This document shows, in pieces, positions 57,368 through 64,000 of a stretch of 64,000 nt of DNA; position 1 is the first letter of the stretch; every line of letters begins with the position of its first letter. The stretch comes from a virus. Taxonomy: Duplodnaviria; Caudoviricetes. A program made the position numbers and the translations under genes. The notes under the pieces are model-generated. The model was given only the letters and a program-made list of their open reading frames with translations, searched no databases and was not told the origin of the DNA. The stretch lies in the IMG/VR virus record IMGVR_UViG_3300037067_027684, positions 32,001 to 96,000 of that record; one strand, written 5' to 3'.

Positions 57368-57799
57368 ATGAAGTTGAATAATTGGTTGTTTATTGGTGTT
57401 GTGATAATTTTTATCTTCCTTTGTGCATCGTCATGGCTCAATTACAAATACAGAGTGAGACTGGCCGAAACACAGTCTTATGCTAGGGACATGTGCCTTC
57501 AAGCTCAGAGCAGTTGTAAGAGAGTTGAACGTATGGCTAGGGCCATTGATCTTGCTATCCCAGAGGTACATGACCAATGTATTGTATCACAGTTGTTGGC
57601 TATGCGTAATACTGAACAGAAGTTTGAGATTATTGTTGGCACCTCTAATTTAACCGAGTTAATGGAAACTGGTCGTGTTGAGATTGATGAGCAGGTGCTT
57701 AGATTGCATGGGGATGTGTTGTGTGATCCTGGTCAGCTTGAGGATTTGGGCGATTACATCCTGAAGATGGCGAAGAATGCGGGATCTGATAAGAATTGA
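57368..57799 (+). CDS. Membrane-anchored hypothetical protein
   Basis: AGGAGG SD; N-terminal TM. Confidence 0.6.
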   Translation: MKLNNWLFIGVVIIFIFLCASSWLNYKYRVRLAETQSYARDMCLQAQSSCKRVERMARAIDLAIPEVHDQCIVSQLLAMRNTEQKFEIIVGTSNLTELMETGRVEIDEQVLRLHGDVLCDPGQLEDLGDYILKMAKNAGSDKN

Positions 57800-57806
57800 G
57801 GGAAAT

Positions 57807-58127
57807 ATGCCAAAAAGTAAAAGTTCTTTGGTTAAGTTAGCTCTATTTCTGGATCACGAAATAGATAATTTTTATAATCGCATTAAGAATCCGAAAAGAG
57901 AATTTTTGTCTGTTGATATTATGCGCAAGGATTTAAGTAAAATAAAAGGAATCAATAAGGATTTGGATAATATTATTGATAAGGCCAATGATAATTGGAG
58001 TCTGGATGATATGCGAATTGGTACTTTATATGTTACTGAAGGAGAGAGTTCTAGTGGCGAGGGTAGTTTGACGATACAAATTGCCCTTAGAATGGTTCCG
58101 TCCTCAATTGGTTTGGAAGAGAAATAA
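57807..58127 (+). CDS. Hypothetical protein
   Basis: GAGG SD. Confidence 0.5.
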   Translation: MPKSKSSLVKLALFLDHEIDNFYNRIKNPKREFLSVDIMRKDLSKIKGINKDLDNIIDKANDNWSLDDMRIGTLYVTEGESSSGEGSLTIQIALRMVPSSIGLEEK

Positions 58128-58128
58128 A

Positions 58129-58446
58129 ATGAAAGAACAACGCAGTTACATGATAATTCGTGCTGGTACTACAAGAACCAAAGTATTTCTAGAGCCTAAA
58201 GACAAACGTGGTAACTTCCTATGGTTAATACATACTGCTGGTATTGAAGCATTACAAGAACATCTTGAGAAATATGATATTCAAAACATCAAAGAAATCC
58301 AGAAAGTCAAAGTCAGAATTACAGTGTATAGTCCTGATGATTCTGATAATTATCAGGAAACCATGCGATTCATATTCTCAATGATCAATGATAAGAGAGG
58401 TACTTGGCACAAGATCGAATCATACCTACCATGGTCCATTATGTAG
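58129..58446 (+). CDS. Hypothetical protein
   Basis: Directly follows previous stop. Confidence 0.5.
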   Translation: MKEQRSYMIIRAGTTRTKVFLEPKDKRGNFLWLIHTAGIEALQEHLEKYDIQNIKEIQKVKVRITVYSPDDSDNYQETMRFIFSMINDKRGTWHKIESYLPWSIM

Positions 58447-59188
58447 GGATTTCGTTCTCAAACTCAAATTCATCCTCTAAATCTAGATCTTCTTCGCCTT
58501 CTGGTTTGGGTTCGCCCTCTTCTTGTGGGACACCCTCCTCAGTAGTTCCTTCTTCGCCTTCTTCCTCAGGAGGAGTTTCGCCTTCCTTGAACTCCTCTGG
58601 AGGAGCGCCTTCGTCACCAGGAAGTCCACCCAAATCCAAACCCCCACCACCCAAATTAGGTGTTTCGCCTTCTTCTGGCGGCAATTCTCCCTCAGGTTCT
58701 TTTCCGAAGTCTTCAATACCAGATGGTGCGGCTTCCTGCTCATACCTGTTGGAATCACCATCCAACATGTAATCAGCCATGTCTTTGACGTATTGGGCTG
58801 GGTCTACATCACCAGGAATCTTAACTTGTCCCTTGTTCAGGAGTTTGTCGCCTGTATAGAGTTGTGCGATGAATTTACCTGGGACTGATTCTAGACTTCT
58901 GATACGAAGAATGAAACCGTCGTTGCGCCGGAAGGCCATGTCCTTCTTATTGGGTAGCTTGAATGCTTCCCATGTTGGTCCAGTTGGTTCTGGGGGTAAT
59001 GCTGGTCCTTCTGGAATTTCGCCACCGATATCATCTAGTCCTTCTCCACCTTCTTGCGCACTAACTTCTGAGAATCCTAGGTCTTTCAATTCGCCTGGAG
59101 TCTCAGGGCGTTGTGCTGGTGCGTAAGGGTCTCTTGATGTTGGCAATCCCTCAATGTTAGAGGGTTGCTGCGGCGGCTGCTGGGGCAT
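58439..59188 (-). CDS. Very acidic Glu/Gly/Pro-rich protein (possible prohead core/scaffold-like)
   Basis: Folded central segment flanked by E/G/P low-complexity arms; start uncertain (59188 or 59251). Confidence 0.6.
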   Translation of the reverse strand: MPQQPPQQPSNIEGLPTSRDPYAPAQRPETPGELKDLGFSEVSAQEGGEGLDDIGGEIPEGPALPPEPTGPTWEAFKLPNKKDMAFRRNDGFILRIRSLESVPGKFIAQLYTGDKLLNKGQVKIPGDVDPAQYVKDMADYMLDGDSNRYEQEAAPSGIEDFGKEPEGELPPEEGETPNLGGGGLDLGGLPGDEGAPPEEFKEGETPPEEEGEEGTTEEGVPQEEGEPKPEGEEDLDLEDEFEFENEIPT

Positions 59189-59732
59189 TGTCCTGTCCTT
59201 GTATGAAGTCCCTTTGTAAAACACCAGAGATTTCACGGAGTCTTTCGCCAATTTCTATGAATTTGTGGCGCTGTTCACCTTCTGGGTAGTTACCGGCTAG
59301 ATTCATCCATTGTTTAATAATGCCATCCAACTGTCCTTTTGCTTGATCCATAGTATAATTACTACCACTTGGCGTGCCAGGAATCTGTTCTTGTGGGGCT
59401 TGTTCTGGAGCTTGTTCTGGTGCCTGCTCTTGGGGAGCTTGTTCTGGAGCTTGTTCGGGAGTCCCCTGTGGTACATCTGCTGCATCTAACAAGCTGGCTA
59501 AGCTATCTTCTGCTTCACGGAGTAATTCATCGCTCAATGGAACTTTCTGACGTTTGAAATTCATGTTAATTGGTTTGGGTTGGGATACGCTTTGCCGTCC
59601 AGTTCTGATTTTGGATTTCTGTTGCCTGGGTTTGATTTCTTCTAATTCTGAACCTTGTCCTGCTAGGCGCTTATCAACTTTTTCTAGTGGAATTACCTTG
59701 CGTAATGCTTTGCCAAGTGCGTGGTCAAACAT
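59157..59732 (-). CDS. Hypothetical protein with PEQA repeats
   Basis: GAGGG SD; CAAAAATAA motif upstream; PEQAPEQAPQEQ twice. Confidence 0.6.
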   Translation of the reverse strand: MFDHALGKALRKVIPLEKVDKRLAGQGSELEEIKPRQQKSKIRTGRQSVSQPKPINMNFKRQKVPLSDELLREAEDSLASLLDAADVPQGTPEQAPEQAPQEQAPEQAPEQAPQEQIPGTPSGSNYTMDQAKGQLDGIIKQWMNLAGNYPEGEQRHKFIEIGERLREISGVLQRDFIQGQDNAPAAAAATL

Positions 59733-59800
59733 TGGTATTCCCTCAATCTTACTTATTTTTGAATCTTTCGCATAAATATAAAAGAAGACGAGGGATCATC

Positions 59801-62161
59801 ATGGATCACATCACAACCGTTGAGTCATGTCGAATTTGTCACCAATCCAACTTTGAGACTGTTATTAATCTAGGTGATCAATATATTGCCAATGCTTTCT
59901 ATCGAAAGGAGAATCCGCCAGAAATCAAAGCACCATTACATTTAATGAGATGCATTAATTGTGGGTTAGTACAATTGGCTCACTCTATTAATTGTGATAT
60001 GATGTATAGGAATTATTGGTATAAATCAAGCATTAATCATACTATGCGTGAACACCTCCAACTCCTGGTGAAATCAGTTCTTGAGATTAAGCCGCTGAGG
60101 AGTGGTGATACAGTTATAGATGTTGGTTGTAATGATCAATTTATGCTTGGTTGTTACCCAAAGGATGCTAACCGTGTTGGTGTTGATCCTTCTAATGTTG
60201 CTAAATTGGCCCCACTTAATTGTAATATGTTAGTTAATGATTATTTTAGTGCTAAAGCATTGAATGATATTCCTAAGGCTAAAATTATTACTTCTATTGC
60301 GATGTTTTATGATTTAAATGATCCTAAGTCATTCGTACAGGATGTTCGGAAGTGTTTGGCTGATGATGGTATTTGGGTTCTGGAATTAGCTTATTTGCCT
60401 TTGATTCTTAGTCAGAATTGCTATGACACTGTGTGTGTTAAACCTGATACTACGATACTTGGTAGTAATAAGAAGATTGTTGATTTGACCTCTCAAGATT
60501 ATGCTTTAAATGAAAATGGAGTTCTGGTTAAAATATCCAAGAGAATGGAACGAACGTTTAATGGTAATCTTATTAAAATCAGACCGCGATATCTTGAATC
60601 AATTTCTATTACTGCTGAGCATCCAATTAAAATTGTAAAGAAGGAAACAATTAAATTCAATTGTGGTCAGTTTAGACGCAATCAAAAAGAGCATAAGTTC
60701 GAATGGGTTCAAGCGAGTAAAGTTCGTGTTGGCGACTATATGGTAATTCCAAGATTGAAAGAAGGAAAGAGGATAACTGAGGTCAACCTCAACAAATTCA
60801 ATCAAACAGAAAGCAAGAATTATAGATTTGGATTGAAATCGATACCATTAAATAAGGACACTGCTTGGTTATTTGGTCTTTATGTCGCAGAAGGATATGT
60901 TGGTGGGAAGAAAACTAATCGCAACATAGAATTTAGTCTCAATATTACTGAGGAAAGTTTGTCAGATCGAATTAATGAAATTACTAAAACTTTTGGTTAT
61001 AAATCACATGTTACTTTTACTAAAGGTAGAAATACCAGAACAGCGAAAATAACGTGCGCCGCACTCGCCAGATCATTTAGAGAGTGGTTTGGAGACAAGG
61101 CCAATAGAAAGAAAATCCCAGATTTCATAATGACTGCTCCAAAAGACATAAAAATTGCGTTTTTACGTGGTTTGTTTGTTGGTGACGGATTTATAGATGA
61201 AGAAATAAATCAAGTTCATTATCATACTTCGTCTAAAGTATTAGCTTTACAGGTGCAATTAATGGTTGCTTCTTTGGGTGGTATGCTAGGCATTAGTTAT
61301 GTGAAACCTTATCCTAGAACAATTAGAGGTCGTGATGTTCACACTGGAGATTCTTGGCAATTAAGAGGCAGGTCCAGGATTTTAGCCGAAATTTTTGATT
61401 ATAAGTATACTAAAGGCGTTGGTGAATGCGAACATAATTATATTCTCAAGGATGATTATGTTTTAATACCAATTATGGATGTCGGAGTTGAGAAATATAA
61501 TGGTAAGGTTTATAACATAGAGACTGATACTCATACATATTTGGTTTCTAATGCTGTAGTTCATAATTGTCATGAGCATGTGTGCTATTATTCTCTTACT
61601 ACTTTCGAATTGACATTGGTTGGGACTGATTTAGAAGTTTTTAAGATCGAGAAGAATAATACTAATGGCGGTTCATTCAGGTTATATGTTGCTCCGAAAG
61701 GTTCCCATAATATTGGTCCTGAGGTTCAGTTGGTTAGGAATAATGAGAAGGAATTGGAGTTTGATAAACCATATCGTGAGTTTGCTCAAAGGATTACCGC
61801 TAGTAAGAATCAGTTGATTTCGTTCTTGAAAGAACAGAAGCGTTTGGGTAAGAAGGTTTATGGTTATGGTGCTTCGACTAAGGGCCAAGTTACGATGCAA
61901 TATTGCGAGATTACTTCTGATTTGATTGTTGCGGTTGCTGAGCGTAATCCTGATAAATATGGTTTGTATACTCCTGGTACGAATGCTAGGATTTGTTCTG
62001 AGGAAGAGATGAGGAAGGCTAGGCCAGACTTCTTGGTTATCTTCCCATGGCATTTCCTAGAGGAATTTGTTGTTCGTGAGCGAACGTTGCTCATGGATGG
62101 TACTAGGTTTGTGGTGCCATTGCCAAAGTTTGATGTGATTTACTGGCAACATTCGGGGTGA
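59801..62161 (+). CDS. NDP-hexose C-methyltransferase-like protein interrupted by an intein
   Basis: CRIC..LG..PL.L..C..CGLVQL Zn domain; DVGCND SAM motif; YDTV|CHEH; YGASTKG C-domain. Confidence 0.85.
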   Translation: MDHITTVESCRICHQSNFETVINLGDQYIANAFYRKENPPEIKAPLHLMRCINCGLVQLAHSINCDMMYRNYWYKSSINHTMREHLQLLVKSVLEIKPLRSGDTVIDVGCNDQFMLGCYPKDANRVGVDPSNVAKLAPLNCNMLVNDYFSAKALNDIPKAKIITSIAMFYDLNDPKSFVQDVRKCLADDGIWVLELAYLPLILSQNCYDTVCVKPDTTILGSNKKIVDLTSQDYALNENGVLVKISKRMERTFNGNLIKIRPRYLESISITAEHPIKIVKKETIKFNCGQFRRNQKEHKFEWVQASKVRVGDYMVIPRLKEGKRITEVNLNKFNQTESKNYRFGLKSIPLNKDTAWLFGLYVAEGYVGGKKTNRNIEFSLNITEESLSDRINEITKTFGYKSHVTFTKGRNTRTAKITCAALARSFREWFGDKANRKKIPDFIMTAPKDIKIAFLRGLFVGDGFIDEEINQVHYHTSSKVLALQVQLMVASLGGMLGISYVKPYPRTIRGRDVHTGDSWQLRGRSRILAEIFDYKYTKGVGECEHNYILKDDYVLIPIMDVGVEKYNGKVYNIETDTHTYLVSNAVVHNCHEHVCYYSLTTFELTLVGTDLEVFKIEKNNTNGGSFRLYVAPKGSHNIGPEVQLVRNNEKELEFDKPYREFAQRITASKNQLISFLKEQKRLGKKVYGYGASTKGQVTMQYCEITSDLIVAVAERNPDKYGLYTPGTNARICSEEEMRKARPDFLVIFPWHFLEEFVVRERTLLMDGTRFVVPLPKFDVIYWQHSG
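60434..61567 (+). mobile_element. Intein (378 aa) with LAGLIDADG homing endonuclease
   Basis: N-terminal CVKPDT, block B ITAEHP, LFGLYVAEG/FLRGLFVGDG, block F VYNIE, VVHN followed by Cys+1. Confidence 0.93.
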
Positions 62162-62253
62162 CCTAAACAACGCGGACCTAGACGGCTCAGTCTGAGTCGT
62201 CCTCAAAATAATGGGCCAATGAAAGTGGCCTACACGAAAGGTGGTAAGTTACA

Positions 62254-62964
62254 ATGCCAATTACCGTCAGTACCACGCCTTGGGGTACATTCCTCGTTGC
62301 CCCGTGGGATCTCGTGCCAGCTTGGATTGCGCAAGGGAAATTCTGGGACCCACATATAAAGCCAATTTATGATAAGCATATCAACAAGAATAGTGTCTGC
62401 TTAGATGTTGGAGCACATTGTGGTTTCCATAGCATTTACCTATCTAAATTGGCTAAGGAGATTTATGCATTTGAGCCACAGCCTGTAATTTATAGGCAAT
62501 TGTGTGGCAACTTATTCTTGAATAACTGTTTGAATGTTCACGCCTTCAATTTGGCTCTTTATGATAAAGAGTGCACTATGGAGATTGCTCCACAGGCTCA
62601 GCAAGTTATTCCTGTTCCGATGTGTGGTTCGAATGTTAATTATGATGCTTGCACTAATTCTGCTGGTGTTGCGTTGAGGCCAGGTGCGGGGTCGATGAAG
62701 GCTATTACGTTGGATAGTTTGAATATTCCGAAGGTTGATTTTATTAAGTGTGATGCGCAGGGTGCTGATCTTCATGTGTTGATGGGTGGTCTTGAGTTGA
62801 TTAAACGTTGTAGGCCGATTATTATTTTCGAGTATGAGGCTGAATTGATTGGGATTAATGGCGATAAGTTGCAGGATTACTCTGATTTCTTCTTCCATAA
62901 GAACAATTTGAATTACGAGATTTCGAAGTTGGATGTTCGTGATCATTTGTGCATGCCCAGATAG
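62254..62964 (+). CDS. FkbM-family methyltransferase
   Basis: LDVGAHCG, YAFEP, ITLDSL..VDFIKCDAQGAD..VL.G..RP.IIFE. Confidence 0.85.
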   Translation: MPITVSTTPWGTFLVAPWDLVPAWIAQGKFWDPHIKPIYDKHINKNSVCLDVGAHCGFHSIYLSKLAKEIYAFEPQPVIYRQLCGNLFLNNCLNVHAFNLALYDKECTMEIAPQAQQVIPVPMCGSNVNYDACTNSAGVALRPGAGSMKAITLDSLNIPKVDFIKCDAQGADLHVLMGGLELIKRCRPIIIFEYEAELIGINGDKLQDYSDFFFHKNNLNYEISKLDVRDHLCMPR

Positions 62965-62976
62965 GGGAACTGATCC

Positions 62977-63621
62977 ATGAAGATGTGTGAGTTCTTACAG
63001 GACAGGTCACAAGTAGATGCTACTACCACGTTTCTAAGTCAACATGGGTTCTATCCGCATTCAATTACTCCAAAGAATTGGGATTTAGCTCATATTCTTC
63101 CTGACATAACTGAGGGGCCATTGTTGGATATGGGGTGTTGTGAATCGTATATTCTTGGTAATGCTAAGATTATTGGTCCGAAGTTTGGTATTGACATGCG
63201 TTTGCCTGGTTATACGATTCCTGGCGTGACGTTACTTCAGGGTGATTTGATGGACACTAGGTTGCCACCGAAGTATTTCCAGACTTTGACTTGTATCTCT
63301 GTTATTGAACATGGTGTGGATTTTGGGAGGTTTGCTGCTGAGTGTGTTCGTTTGTTGAGGCCAGGTGGTAAGTTATATGTCAGTTTTGATTATTGGAATC
63401 CCAAGATCACTGGCACTATGAACCTCTATGGTTTGGCTTGGAATATTCTTTGTAGATCTGATGTTGAGGGATTAATTCAAATTTGTGAGAAGGCTGGCAT
63501 GATGTTGACCGAAGAGGTGGATTGGTCGATTAAGGACGCTGTTATTAACGAGGCATTTTATGCTCCTCGTGGTAGCGGTGTTGCTTACACCTTCGGGTTG
63601 CTAACCTTTGTGGCCAAGTAA
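62977..63621 (+). CDS. Class I SAM-dependent methyltransferase
   Basis: LLDMGC, GID, CISVIEH..RLLRPGGKL. Confidence 0.8.
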   Translation: MKMCEFLQDRSQVDATTTFLSQHGFYPHSITPKNWDLAHILPDITEGPLLDMGCCESYILGNAKIIGPKFGIDMRLPGYTIPGVTLLQGDLMDTRLPPKYFQTLTCISVIEHGVDFGRFAAECVRLLRPGGKLYVSFDYWNPKITGTMNLYGLAWNILCRSDVEGLIQICEKAGMMLTEEVDWSIKDAVINEAFYAPRGSGVAYTFGLLTFVAK

Positions 63622-63632
63622 AAGGAGAGTTT

Positions 63633-64000
63633 ATGCGTAGAGTTTTCTTGTCTTTAATGTTTGTGTCGTTTGTTTTTGCGGAAGAAAAAGTGGGACTGCA
63701 TGATGAAGATATTCAAGCACTTCAAGAAGCTTCAAAAGCATATATTTCTGTTCATGTTGATGTCAAATGGCAAAAGGTGATTGCTGATTGGAATAAAAGG
63801 ATCAAGTTGGTAGTTGAAACCAGAATTGCCGATACTAATGTTTCTGAGGATCAAGCTTGTCGTGATTTGGCCTATGATTGGTTGAGTGATAATGCGAGGG
63901 ATTTGGAGGCTAGGGACGAAGAAAAAATTCTTATGGCTTGTTTGTGGTTTGATCTATTGATTAGCAAGAAGTTTGGTCTTCCTGCTAGGGTGAAGAGTGA
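63633..64000 (+). CDS. Secreted hypothetical protein, 3'-truncated by the window
   Basis: AAGGAG SD; MRRVFLSLMFVSFVFA signal peptide; frame appears open to the window end. Confidence 0.55.
   Translation, partial: MRRVFLSLMFVSFVFAEEKVGLHDEDIQALQEASKAYISVHVDVKWQKVIADWNKRIKLVVETRIADTNVSEDQACRDLAYDWLSDNARDLEARDEEKILMACLWFDLLISKKFGLPARVKS

Noticed and set aside
1-64000. Stop-codon reassignment, as in some huge phages
   Set aside because: Long ORFs are intact in code 11, and TAA, TAG and TGA all end recognisable genes
1-64000. tRNA or rRNA genes
   Set aside because: No cloverleaf with T-loop/CCA or rRNA-like segment seen; intergenic gaps are short

Overview
This AT-rich, densely coding window reads in the standard genetic code and looks like part of a huge/jumbo tailed-phage genome; lipoprotein genes suggest a diderm host. 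It carries virion-type genes (tail/baseplate-like, Cys-rich collagen-containing and GPT-repeat fibre proteins), three free-standing endonucleases, a solo TnpB, a LAGLIDADG intein inside an NDP-sugar C-methyltransferase, about ten scattered glycosyl-/methyltransferases, a divergent sigma70-family factor, a protein kinase, RarA, SWIB and a Toprim protein. The clearest accessory locus is a type I-E CRISPR-Cas interference module (cas3-cas8e-cas11-cas7-cas5-cas6e, no cas1/cas2 in the window) with an 11-repeat/10-spacer array. That locus has three odd features: a hairpin over the cas3 Shine-Dalgarno next to an anti-repeat-like motif, a leader hairpin reaching into repeat 1, and two consecutive repeats lacking the same 5 nt. 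The best candidates for undescribed biology are: (i) a small Gly-Gly-terminated protein with a partner gene and a DUF6527-like peptidase elsewhere (possible phage protein conjugation/deconjugation); (ii) several structured intergenic RNAs, including a ~140-nt possibly bistable rod and a possible kissing-loop pair; (iii) regulators (sigma factor, kinase) with T4-like LxE propeptides suggesting packaging in the virion; (iv) a Vsr-like nuclease fused to a Mom-like DNA-modifying domain; and (v) a repeating AC-rich to GT-rich compositional gradient at gene scale. All family assignments come from motif recognition by eye; no searches were run.
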